From Candidatus Scalinduaceae bacterium (GTDB lineage: Bacteria > Planctomycetota > Brocadiia > Brocadiales > Scalinduaceae): a stretch of 64,000 bases of DNA. Every line of letters begins with the position of its first letter. The stretch's first letter is position 1. Where the stretch lies: NCBI GenBank assembly GCA_046759445.1, contig JBHICG010000004.1:48083-112082 (forward strand), in the 5' to 3' direction. The position numbers and the translations under genes were made by a program. Below are positions 1 to 9,536 of this stretch, piece after piece. The notes below the pieces were generated by a model that searched no databases, was not told the DNA's origin, and saw only the letters and a list, made by a program, of their open reading frames with translations.

Positions 1-546
1 TCTTTAACTCCACCCGAGGAAACTCTGTTAGACAAAGCGGTAAAGAAAGGGTATGCAGTCATAGGTGTTGGTAAGATTGGTGATATTTTTGCGCATAGGG
101 GGCTAACAAAGGAAATACATACTTCCGACAACCATGATGGTATTTCAAAGACGATAAAATGTATTAAGGAGGATTTCAAAGGAATTATTTTTACGAACTT
201 AATTGACTTTGATATGAAGTACGGACATAGAAACAACCCAAAAGGTTATGCAGAAGCATTGGAGTCATTTGATGATAGACTACCGGAAATTGTAGATGCA
301 TTAAGAAAAGAGGATGTTATCATTCTTACAGCCGATCATGGCTGTGACCCAACTACACCCAGCACAGATCATTCACGGGAATATGTGCCACTTTTGGTTT
401 ATGGGAAAACATTGGGGAGGCCTAAATCACTTGGTGTTCGCAAATCGTTTGCGGATGTAGGTGCAACTGTAGCTGAAATCTTACAAATATTAGAATTTGA
501 TAAGGGAGAAAGTTTTCTAAAGGAATTGATAAATAATCAGGCCTGA
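1..546 (+). CDS. deoB: Phosphopentomutase, C-terminal part (5' end outside window)
   Basis: Frame 1 is open from base 1 ([11 protein letters not shown]...GVGKIGDIF...[16 protein letters not shown]...TADHGCDPT...[10 protein letters not shown]), typical DeoB metal-binding motifs. Confidence 0.93.
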   Translation, partial: SLTPPEETLLDKAVKKGYAVIGVGKIGDIFAHRGLTKEIHTSDNHDGISKTIKCIKEDFKGIIFTNLIDFDMKYGHRNNPKGYAEALESFDDRLPEIVDALRKEDVIILTADHGCDPTTPSTDHSREYVPLLVYGKTLGRPKSLGVRKSFADVGATVAEILQILEFDKGESFLKELINNQA

Positions 547-792
547 TTTAGTTTATGGGGTTATTCCTATTATACATATTAGTAATAGCAGTAGTTTCGA
601 TGAATTCACACCTTTAATAATGATATTTGTTTTTCAGGGTCCAGTACGTTTGCATTGTACGGCTATTTGTGCGTTCAATGTAACTGTTCTGTAATCGAAT
701 TTTACTAAACCCATTTTTTTTCTGCCTTTAATCATCGTTGTTCTTCATGTAATAAAGAAATATGTTTGTAAACAATTAGTATAAAAGTGGTG

Positions 793-820
793 TTTACTTT
801 TGTTATAAAAATGATACTAT
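793..820 (+). promoter_or_regulatory. Possible sigma70-type promoter for the locus
   Basis: TTTACT-16 nt-TACTAT with extended -10 TG (812-813), about 45 bp upstream of the first UbiA gene; AT-rich context weakens the call. Confidence 0.3.
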
Positions 821-864
821 ATGTATTTTGTGAATAAATATTTGTTGCCCAAGGAAAATTAAAG

Positions 865-1743
865 ATGTTTCGACTAATAGATATCCTGCACCTTCTCCGC
901 CCGCAAGAGTGGATTAAAAATACATTTGTTTTTGCCGCCCTAATTTTCTCCCAGCAGCTATTAAACGTAATGGATGTTCTGAAAGTGATTGGTGCGTTTG
1001 TGCTGTTCTGCATGGTATCAGGGGTAATTTACATTATAAATGATATCTTTGATCTGGAACATGATAGAGTACATCCGATAAAAAAGGATAGACCTCTTGC
1101 TTCGGGACGGATAAATATTTCCCTGGCCTGGCTCTTGGCCGTGATTCTGGTAGTGATATCTATGACCTTTTCATTTGCTCTTCAACCAAACTTCATGTTT
1201 GTTCTGGTGTTATATTTTCTGATTAATTTTGCTTATTCTCTTTATCTCAAAGGGATCGTTATTGTGGATGTTATGACTCTGGCTTTTGGTTTTGTTTTAA
1301 GGGCTATTGCTGGAGGCGTGGTGATACAGGTGCCGGTATCTTCATGGTTAATTGTCTGTACTGCTCTAATATCCCTGTTTTTAGGTTTTGGGAAAAGACG
1401 ACATGAGCTTATTTTACTAGATGAGGAAGCCGGCAATCATAGAAGTATTTTAAGGGAATACAGTCCCTATTTTTTAGACCAGATGATATCCGTAGTTACG
1501 GCTTCGTCGGTTATTGCTTATACCTTCTATACCATGTCCGAAGAGGTACAGGAAAAACTTCATACTCATTATCTTGGGCTTACGATCCCATTTGTTCTAT
1601 ACGGAATCTTTCGGTATCTTTACCTGGTACATCAAAAACAAGGTGGCGGGAATCCTGCTCAGGAACTTCTCGCAGACAGGCCCCTTCTTATCAATGGGAC
1701 ACTTTGGGTTCTTGCCGTAATAGTAATTCTTTATGATTGGTAA
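865..1743 (+). CDS. UbiA-family polyprenyl-phosphate phosphoribosyltransferase (DPPR synthase-like), copy 1
   Basis: LLRPQEWIKN start, YIINDIFDLEHDRVHPIKKDRPLASG motif, KRRHEL, multiple TM helices; typical of the Rv3806c-like subfamily. Confidence 0.88.
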   Translation: MFRLIDILHLLRPQEWIKNTFVFAALIFSQQLLNVMDVLKVIGAFVLFCMVSGVIYIINDIFDLEHDRVHPIKKDRPLASGRINISLAWLLAVILVVISMTFSFALQPNFMFVLVLYFLINFAYSLYLKGIVIVDVMTLAFGFVLRAIAGGVVIQVPVSSWLIVCTALISLFLGFGKRRHELILLDEEAGNHRSILREYSPYFLDQMISVVTASSVIAYTFYTMSEEVQEKLHTHYLGLTIPFVLYGIFRYLYLVHQKQGGGNPAQELLADRPLLINGTLWVLAVIVILYDW

Positions 1744-2833
1744 AAATATGACACGATCGATCGTTGTTGTTAAAAGAACAAAACCTGATACTGTTCTTTC
1801 TGATTTCGAGGAAATTATTCAGGCATCTGGTCTACTGGAGGCTTTAGACTCCTCCCGTGTTACAATTTTGAAGGACAATATTACATGGCATTTCCCTTTC
1901 TTAAGCGCTAATACTACTCCCTGGCAGTTGGAGGGGACCATTTTGGCTCTAAAAAATGCCGGCTTTAACAAACTTGTGGCCGTCCATAATAATACAGTTG
2001 TTACAAATCCTTATAAGGGAGGGATATTAAACAAGCTGACTCCCATCTACAAGAAATATGGCATCGAAGAAAGGTACAACTTCCTGCCTGAAGATATCAA
2101 ATGGATAACTTATAAACCGAAGGCAGAGATGCGAGTGCTTAATAATATTTACAAAAAAGGGATTAAAATTCCTGAATTTTTTATTGATAAAAATATTGTT
2201 CATCTACCCACCATGAAAACCCACATTTACACTCAGATCACAGGAGCTATGAAGAATGCCTTTGGTGGTTTACTTAACACCAGGCGTCACTATACACATA
2301 GTGTCATCCACGAGACGTTAGTTGACCTTTTGGCTATTCAAAAAGAAATTCATGCTGGAATATTTGCGGTGATGGATGGAACGATTTGTGGAAGTGGTCC
2401 CGGCCCGAGGACTATGCAGCCTGTAGAAAAGGATTATATTTTGGCCAGCTCAGACAGCGTAGCCATTGATGCCGTTTCTGCTAAGATGATGGGCTTTAAT
2501 CCCATGAAGATACCCTTCATACGTTTGGCGCATGAAGATGGACTAGGGAAAGGCAACCTGTCACAGATTGAAGTATCAGGAGAGGATATCTCAATGGTTA
2601 ATTTTGGGTTCCAGGTAGGGGATAATCTTGCAAGCCTTGTGGGCGATGCCTTCTGGTTCAGTCCTGCCAAAATGTTTCAGAGGCTTCTTTTTCACACTCC
2701 ATTGGTGTACGCCTTCGTGCTCGGATCATATATATACCATGATTATGTCTGGTGGCCCTTTAAGGGTAAAAGAAAAATGGCTGAAATCAGTGAAACCAAA
2801 TGGGGGAAATTATTTGCCTCATACGATAGTTAA
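1733..2833 (+). CDS. DUF362-family protein (start may be ATG 1748)
   Basis: LKDNITWH...NTTPWQLEG, HLPTMKTH..TQITGAMKNAFGGL, AVMDGTICGSGPGP, DSVAIDAV..KMMG motifs. Confidence 0.8.
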   Translation: MIGKNMTRSIVVVKRTKPDTVLSDFEEIIQASGLLEALDSSRVTILKDNITWHFPFLSANTTPWQLEGTILALKNAGFNKLVAVHNNTVVTNPYKGGILNKLTPIYKKYGIEERYNFLPEDIKWITYKPKAEMRVLNNIYKKGIKIPEFFIDKNIVHLPTMKTHIYTQITGAMKNAFGGLLNTRRHYTHSVIHETLVDLLAIQKEIHAGIFAVMDGTICGSGPGPRTMQPVEKDYILASSDSVAIDAVSAKMMGFNPMKIPFIRLAHEDGLGKGNLSQIEVSGEDISMVNFGFQVGDNLASLVGDAFWFSPAKMFQRLLFHTPLVYAFVLGSYIYHDYVWWPFKGKRKMAEISETKWGKLFASYDS

Positions 2834-2890
2834 AATATAAGGGATATTATCATTTCTAAGATTGTATTGGAGTTTTGTATTTAAAAAAAT

Positions 2891-4093
2891 ATGAAGGAGA
2901 AGAAAAAAATGAAAAAAGGACTAATTTTAATATTCGTATTAATTGCATTTTTCACTTTGAGTATCTCAACAATTATTCAAACAGACGAAAGAATGAATCA
3001 GGCGTTCGCGGGACAATATTATGATGAGCCATTAACAGATGCTCCACCCCTCACTGATTCCGATGACATCTCCGATGCTGCGCCAGAAGATAAACCAATT
3101 AAAGATTCCCAGTCTATTTCAGATTCTGATATTACTTACGACACTACCCCTCTACCACAGATTACTGAGCACAGTGAACAGGCCATCAAGACTTCAGGGG
3201 AGTATCTGGGACAGAAATGGTTTATCGATGAGAACCATCTTCTGTGGTGGGATGGAGAGCCATATATTCCTTATGGATTGAATGCGGCGCTAACCCCTAA
3301 AGATGGAATCAAGGATTTTGCAATATGGAGCGACCCCGATTTTTTGGGAACTGATTCAGAGCGGTTCGAGTGGCTTGACAGATTAACGGATAAGATTACT
3401 GAACAGGGAGGAACCTATTTTATGCTCTTCCTCTTAAATCCGGAATTAAGGGATCTTTCTGATTTAAATAAGCCCAGGGTAAAGTCACAAATTGAATTAA
3501 AATGGAGAAAATTTGCGCCGGCGGTAAGAAAAAAAGGTTTGAGAGCAATCACATTTTTTAATGAGATTAATATGCTAAAGGCATCTCGAACTATCAGTTT
3601 AAAAGAGTATGGACGGATTTTAAATGACTATGCAAAGAGTCTGAAAGAGATAGTAGGAAATGTGCCTGTAATATTAAAGATTGGCGGTGATTGGAATATT
3701 GAGCCAATAATGGTAACAATTCAGGGTGATTACGTCGATGGTCTTGGAGGGGATTTCTTTGCGAGCGAACCAGATGAGAATTTAAAAAGACAGATGGTCA
3801 AACCTACAACTTTACTAAATCAATCTAAGAAAACCAAGCTTTTCTGGATTACCGAATTAAGTAGAGCGGCGGGAGGAGATGCCGGTACACTCTGGCTTAA
3901 ATTTGAAAATAAGAATAACATGAGAAGCTTCCTTAAGGCTTTTTTGTTATATGGAGCAACAGGCTTCTTTTACTTTGACATACATCCGACTGCAGATGGA
4001 TATGCTCAAGTAACTCAGGAGACGGCGAAATGGTTTCGGGAACTAAAGTCTGAGGTAGTTAAAGAGATTTTATCCTTTAAGAAAGGCGGTTAA
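2891..4093 (+). CDS. Exported protein with D/S/T/P-rich linker and glycoside-hydrolase-like (clan GH-A) TIM-barrel domain
   Basis: Basic N-terminus plus hydrophobic stretch; DGEPYIPYGLN; FFNEIN (acid/base-like) and FWITEL (nucleophile-like) motifs. Confidence 0.5.
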   Translation: MKEKKKMKKGLILIFVLIAFFTLSISTIIQTDERMNQAFAGQYYDEPLTDAPPLTDSDDISDAAPEDKPIKDSQSISDSDITYDTTPLPQITEHSEQAIKTSGEYLGQKWFIDENHLLWWDGEPYIPYGLNAALTPKDGIKDFAIWSDPDFLGTDSERFEWLDRLTDKITEQGGTYFMLFLLNPELRDLSDLNKPRVKSQIELKWRKFAPAVRKKGLRAITFFNEINMLKASRTISLKEYGRILNDYAKSLKEIVGNVPVILKIGGDWNIEPIMVTIQGDYVDGLGGDFFASEPDENLKRQMVKPTTLLNQSKKTKLFWITELSRAAGGDAGTLWLKFENKNNMRSFLKAFLLYGATGFFYFDIHPTADGYAQVTQETAKWFRELKSEVVKEILSFKKGG

Positions 4094-4280
4094 TTTATAC
4101 AAAGCTGTGAAATTAATATGAAGATAAATAACAAGTAGTTAGGTTTTGCTTAAAAGGCCGGCTTTTAGACAATTTCGATAAGTAATGGGAAAAGGCAAAT
4201 TATTGAAATGGATATTTAAGGGGATTGTCTTTTCCTCTTACTCATAAACTTGAATTTTCTTTAGCATTGTCCCTTTTGTT

Positions 4281-5717
4281 TTGATTGATGAGATGAATAA
4301 ATACCTTATTATACTTTCTAGAGTTAAAAATCCCTTGGATCTTAGATTCAAGAAGGACGAAATTTATGGTTCATCTTTATTCAAGATTGTTGCCATTTTA
4401 TCCCTTGGATGTATGTTAGGGTTTGTGACATACAAATTAAAATATATTGCTCCTTTTCTCTTGTTGGGCGTTTTTGGTATAACATTAGCTGGCATCTATT
4501 CAGAAATCGGAATCGTTATTTTTCTCCTGATAATCAATCTCAGTTTCTTACAAGCTATGAATGTTCCTTATGTTAAATTGTCTTTCATAGGTTTTTTTGC
4601 CATGTGGTGGTTATATTTCCTTGGGAATAGATTGAAAATCACTCGTTCTAATCAGATGACCTTCCTCATGGTATTGTATATTTCGTTGTTTATATTGTCG
4701 TTCCTATCTGGTGGCAACTTTTTTGGTAAGATTGGTGGTGGGTTGAACTATTATTCTAATATGTTCTTTGCATTCGTGATCATGACCACGATCAGGGCAG
4801 AGGAACAGGTAAGGAAATTTTTGGATCTGTTAATTCTGTGGGGTGTTTTTCTGGCCGCTATTGGGGTTATTCAATTTGTTACAAAACGTCCCCTTTTCCC
4901 AGGAGCTGTTTCAGAAGGTGGTCTCCCGGTCACGGGGAGTACCATAGGCGATACTGTATTTTATGCCGTTCATATGCAATTTGTCATAATCTTGTGCTTT
5001 TACAAGCTATTGTATAAATATAATAACAAAGAAAAGATAGTTCCCATTCTTTTCGTCCTTATTTTATTAGTACTGGGTTGGGCCTTTAGTTTTAATAGAG
5101 TAACTATGGTTAGTTTTGTAGTGGCTATCTTTGTTATTGCTCATTTGCATGGTCAAAAAAAGAAAGCGTTATTGTTTTTGTTAATAGCCTTGATATTTAT
5201 ATATATATTTGCTCCCAGGTTTTTCTCTCAGATGTATAGCATTATTACTTCTATTTTGTATCCTGCAGGCACCCATTGGGAGGGTAGATTAAATCTTACC
5301 ATGGCTGGCTTGAAAGCAATTAAAGATTATCCGTTAGCTTTATTGACAGGATTTGGGCCAGGACAATACGTTAATGTAATCATGCCATATTTAACTCCAT
5401 GGCAAAAGTTGAATTTAGGAGGTACAGGTAGCATGTTTCCTGTCTATCTGTTGGTGGAGATTGGGATATTCGGAACGGCTTTATTTTTCTGGTTCATATG
5501 GTTAACACTCAAAGATCTTTTTAATGTACAAAAGTTGTTTGAACAACGCAAGAGACATGATATGTTTTTAATTACTCAGGGTTTATTTGTAGCTTTTATA
5601 AGCCTATTGATTACAAGTTTTACAGGCCCTCCTCACCTCTTTTTTGCCTTCTGGATACCCATTGCAATGGTAGCAGTTTTAAACAACTTGTGTCAGAAAA
5701 AGATGGCAAATCAATAG
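4281..5717 (+). CDS. O-antigen ligase/polymerase (WaaL/Wzy-like) family membrane protein (start may be ATG 4293)
   Basis: About 12 TM segments, SFNR motif, periplasmic loop GRLNLT...GFGPGQY, LLVEIGIFG. Confidence 0.75.
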   Translation: MIDEMNKYLIILSRVKNPLDLRFKKDEIYGSSLFKIVAILSLGCMLGFVTYKLKYIAPFLLLGVFGITLAGIYSEIGIVIFLLIINLSFLQAMNVPYVKLSFIGFFAMWWLYFLGNRLKITRSNQMTFLMVLYISLFILSFLSGGNFFGKIGGGLNYYSNMFFAFVIMTTIRAEEQVRKFLDLLILWGVFLAAIGVIQFVTKRPLFPGAVSEGGLPVTGSTIGDTVFYAVHMQFVIILCFYKLLYKYNNKEKIVPILFVLILLVLGWAFSFNRVTMVSFVVAIFVIAHLHGQKKKALLFLLIALIFIYIFAPRFFSQMYSIITSILYPAGTHWEGRLNLTMAGLKAIKDYPLALLTGFGPGQYVNVIMPYLTPWQKLNLGGTGSMFPVYLLVEIGIFGTALFFWFIWLTLKDLFNVQKLFEQRKRHDMFLITQGLFVAFISLLITSFTGPPHLFFAFWIPIAMVAVLNNLCQKKMANQ

Positions 5718-5835
5718 AAAGCCCCTTTGGTATTTTATTCTTTCTCTTGTAGCAATATGCAGGAGAACCTTAAGCAGAAAACATGGGGAATTTATTAAGT
5801 TCTGCGATTAAGGATAACTTCAAGATAATAAAAAA

Positions 5836-8175
5836 ATGAGTATGAGAATCAATAAGTTATCGATTATTGAGGATAAATGTCCTAATTTCTGGGTGATGGT
5901 TATTTTATTCCTTTTGCAGTTGATGTTGTTGTGGAGAATGATTTTTTTAAACCAGTTTCCTCTAGATTGGGACCTTATGGGGCAGATATATCCGTGGAGG
6001 GTTATCTCTGCCAAGATGATTAAGGATGGGATTATACCCTTGTGGAATCCTTATATTTTAAGCGGCACACCTCTCTTAGCCGATATGTTGAGCGGAGTAT
6101 TTTATCCCCTCAATCTTCTTTTTTTAATCCTGACGCCGTTTACGGCCATGAAGTTAAACTATTTTATACATTATTTTCTAATGGGAATCTTTACGTATTT
6201 TTTTTGTATATCTATTAAAATGGATAGATTCGGTGGATTGATTGCGGCCACTATTTTTCCCTTTAGTCTTTATGTCTTCTCTAGAGAGACTCTTGCTACA
6301 AATACTACTGTCCTGGCTTCAATAACCTGGTTGCCCCTTTTGTTTATGCTAGTCGAACGATTATTGGCAAAAAACAGGTTGACAATTTCAATGTTATTAG
6401 GGGTCGTCCTTGCTTTACAGTTTCTTGCCGGACATCCCCAAATTGCTTATTATTCAACGTTGTCTCTCATATTATATCTGGTTTTTAGGTGCTACAGTGA
6501 AAAAAGGGAGTGGCGTAAAATTCTTAAATCGTGTTTCCTTCTTGCCTTCGCTCTTTTTCTCGGCGTGTTTTTGTCTGCTGTTCAAATATTACCTACGATT
6601 GAGTTTACAACACTGAGTTACAGGGGATGGAATCAGGATGTACTTGGGGGCCTGGGTCCCAGCGACTTCTTTCGCCTGGGAGGGGTATATGTGGGTATAG
6701 TACCTCTAATACTGATTTTACCTTTACTCATATTCCAAAGGAATATGTATGCATTTTTTTTCTTTGCGCTTATCATTATAAGTTTTCTGGTAATGGTTGA
6801 ATTTACTCATTTTTCTTCTTTGTTATCTCGTATTATCCCCTTTTTCCGAACCTTTTATGGAGCAAATAGGGTAATTTTCCTCTATATCTTTTCTGTGTCT
6901 ATACTGGCTGGGATTGGAGTAAACACCTTGATAGAGAACTTTGATACAGAAAAAAAGGATTATCTGGCAAAACTCTGTAAGTTTATGGCATTTTTCAGCA
7001 TACTCCTAGTATTTGTCTTAGTTTTTGCCTATTGGGGGAGAGAAGTTATCTTTTCTTTGTCTTTAAAGGTGATTTCAAATATTACGAGTTCTGCTGAAAC
7101 TAGCGAAAAATTATATAAAATTCACTCATCTTTTATCTCCTTAATGTGGTTTTCGCTCTCGGTCATCATTCTTAGTATGGCCCTCGTATTTCTTCGATTA
7201 AGAAATAAGTTCGGTAATCACTTATTTATGGCAGGTATTTTGTTGCTTGTCCTGGCCGTCCTTTTGATACAAGAAAAACCAACTAATGTTGACTTAAGAG
7301 TATATTTTGAGAAAACTGAGGCGACTAAATTTTTAAAAAACCACAATAAATATCAACGAATAGATGCCATTGACCCAAAATATGTTATAGATAGGCCACA
7401 ATTAAACTTTTTCGTTCCTAATATTAACAGTATACACAATATTTACGGGATCCGCGGATATACCCCACTTCATATGTCTTATTATCTGGAATTTATAGAC
7501 CTGATAAATGGAGCTGGAGTGGATTCATCTCTTTATAGGAGTGGAGAGAAAAAGCGTTTTTTATGGGTAGACAACTTTAAGTCTAAATTAGTTGACCTAT
7601 TAAATGTCAGATATATAGTTACCAGTAAAGGAATAAAAGATCCACAATTTAATCTTGTCTATGCAGATGATATTAAAATCTACGAAAATAAAAATGTGCT
7701 TGAAAGAGCATTTATGGTATACGATTATAAAGTAATTAAAGACAAACAAGGAATTTTGTCAGAACTTGGGAGTGATGATTTTAATCCCAGAAAGGTGGTA
7801 ATACTGGAAAGAGAACCTCAAAAAGTTTTGAAGAATGAAGGTGATTTATCAGTATCACAACTCGATAGCGTTGACATAATTACCTATCTTCCCAATGAGG
7901 TAGTTATTCAGACTGAATCGGATAGGGGTGGATTCTTAGTATTGGGTGATACTTATTATCCAGGTTGGAAGGTGTTTGTGGATAGGAATGAAGACGTAAT
8001 ATATAAAGCGAACTACATCTTGAGAGGTGTATACTTAGATGAAGGGTCCCATACCATTAAGTTTATCTATGATCCCATTTCTTTTAAGTTAGGATGGATT
8101 GTAAGCTTGACAACATTGGTTGGCATATCGCTATTTTTCCTGTGTTGCATCTGGCCTTTGAGGTTAGAGAGGTAA
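5836..8175 (+). CDS. YfhO-family GT-C membrane glycosyltransferase
   Basis: PLWNPYILSGTPLLAD, LAGHPQ, AVQILPT; C-terminal GFLVLGDTYYPGWKVFVD...ANYILRGV...Y.P.SF. Confidence 0.85.
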   Translation: MSMRINKLSIIEDKCPNFWVMVILFLLQLMLLWRMIFLNQFPLDWDLMGQIYPWRVISAKMIKDGIIPLWNPYILSGTPLLADMLSGVFYPLNLLFLILTPFTAMKLNYFIHYFLMGIFTYFFCISIKMDRFGGLIAATIFPFSLYVFSRETLATNTTVLASITWLPLLFMLVERLLAKNRLTISMLLGVVLALQFLAGHPQIAYYSTLSLILYLVFRCYSEKREWRKILKSCFLLAFALFLGVFLSAVQILPTIEFTTLSYRGWNQDVLGGLGPSDFFRLGGVYVGIVPLILILPLLIFQRNMYAFFFFALIIISFLVMVEFTHFSSLLSRIIPFFRTFYGANRVIFLYIFSVSILAGIGVNTLIENFDTEKKDYLAKLCKFMAFFSILLVFVLVFAYWGREVIFSLSLKVISNITSSAETSEKLYKIHSSFISLMWFSLSVIILSMALVFLRLRNKFGNHLFMAGILLLVLAVLLIQEKPTNVDLRVYFEKTEATKFLKNHNKYQRIDAIDPKYVIDRPQLNFFVPNINSIHNIYGIRGYTPLHMSYYLEFIDLINGAGVDSSLYRSGEKKRFLWVDNFKSKLVDLLNVRYIVTSKGIKDPQFNLVYADDIKIYENKNVLERAFMVYDYKVIKDKQGILSELGSDDFNPRKVVILEREPQKVLKNEGDLSVSQLDSVDIITYLPNEVVIQTESDRGGFLVLGDTYYPGWKVFVDRNEDVIYKANYILRGVYLDEGSHTIKFIYDPISFKLGWIVSLTTLVGISLFFLCCIWPLRLER

Positions 8176-8281
8176 TAGTGTTAATTCGGCTTAATAAACT
8201 TTTAAATTAAGGAGGTGCTACTTTTACTTACAACAAAAATAGTAGGTAACTGTAGCGAAAAGGTCTTTTGGGGAAAATTAA

Positions 8282-9223
8282 ATGAATATTTTGCCATACT
8301 TAAAGGTAATGCGCATCGATCATTACCACAAGAATGTTTTTGTAATTGTTGGTATTGTCGTATTCTTTAAGGTCGCTGATGCAAAAATAGACATACCCCT
8401 TTTATTCAAACTTTTTGGGGCAATACTCATTGCTTGTATTGCATCATCCTTTAATTATATTATAAACGAATTACTAGATTCGGACTCAGATAAATTTCAT
8501 CCGAAAAAAAAACATAGGCCTGTTCCATCAGGAGATACCAACATATATGTTGTTTTAACTATAAGCGTCTGTATTTTATTGGTTACTTTATGTTTAAGCT
8601 TCTTCTACTACAGCATGTATTTTTTTATAACACTAATTTTGTTTTTCCTTTTAGCAATTCTATATAATGTGCCGCCCCTTCGGTTTAAGGATGTTGTATA
8701 CATGGATGTAGTAATTGAATCAGCTAATGCCCCCATTAGAATATTATTGGGTTGGTATGCAATTGGGACGAATATGCTTCCAAAATTATCAGTTCTGGTA
8801 TCGGTTTGGTGTCTAGGTGGTTTTCTTATGACGGCAAAACGATATGCTGAGCATAAATTTATATCAAATGACTCTGACAGGGGCATGTATAGAAGGTCTT
8901 ATAACACTTATACAAGTGAAATATTGTCTACTTATATGGTTTTCTGGCTTATCCTTTTCAATTTTGCATTTGGTATATTTATTGTACGTATAGAACCCGC
9001 AACATTAGTAGTATCTCCATTTTTAATAACTTTTTTTATCTGGTATTGGTGGTTATCGACGAAACCCGATTCTATAGTTAAAGAGCCAGAAAGGGTCTTT
9101 GAAGAAAAGGGATTTTTTGTTTATTCGGTATTTCTTTCAATCCTTTTTGGTGTCGTTTTTTTATTCGGCAGTGAAATTCCCTTGATTGATTATATTCACC
9201 ATCGCTATCTTTTCCCCAAATAA
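8282..9223 (+). CDS. UbiA-family polyprenyl-phosphate phosphoribosyltransferase, copy 2 (divergent subfamily)
   Basis: MRIDHYHKN, NYIINELLDSDSDKFHPKKKHRPVPSG, YNVPPLRFKD, ESANAPIR, KRYAE. Confidence 0.82.
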   Translation: MNILPYLKVMRIDHYHKNVFVIVGIVVFFKVADAKIDIPLLFKLFGAILIACIASSFNYIINELLDSDSDKFHPKKKHRPVPSGDTNIYVVLTISVCILLVTLCLSFFYYSMYFFITLILFFLLAILYNVPPLRFKDVVYMDVVIESANAPIRILLGWYAIGTNMLPKLSVLVSVWCLGGFLMTAKRYAEHKFISNDSDRGMYRRSYNTYTSEILSTYMVFWLILFNFAFGIFIVRIEPATLVVSPFLITFFIWYWWLSTKPDSIVKEPERVFEEKGFFVYSVFLSILFGVVFLFGSEIPLIDYIHHRYLFPK

Positions 9224-9312
9224 ATGTTTGTGCTTTCTTATATAACTTCCTGTTGCTAAAATAAAGATAGACCTATTAGGCATTAAGGGAATTAATAGTG
9301 CTTATACTTGAG

Positions 9313-9469
9313 TAATTAGTTTCTGTTGCGGAAAACTGAAATCCCCAAAAATGTCATTCTGAACTTGTTTCAGAATCTATGCATATCAATCCTGAATCAA
9401 GTTCAGGATCAGAGACCCTGAAACGAGTTCAGGGTGACAATATAACGTTTCCGCAACAGAAACTAATTA
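9313..9469. mobile_element. MITE/REP-like element with perfect 22-bp terminal inverted repeats, copy 1
   Basis: TAATTAGTTTCTGTTGCGGAAA (9313) ... TTTCCGCAACAGAAACTAATTA (ends 9469); internal TGTCATTCTGAACTTGTTTCAGAATCT and CCTGAA..GTTCAGG palindromes; related copy at 22974. Confidence 0.75.
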
Positions 9470-9536
9470 TTAATAATGAGATTGGATATAAATTATAGCC
9501 GTTTCCTTTGGTTAATAAAAGGAATCGAGGGAGAGA

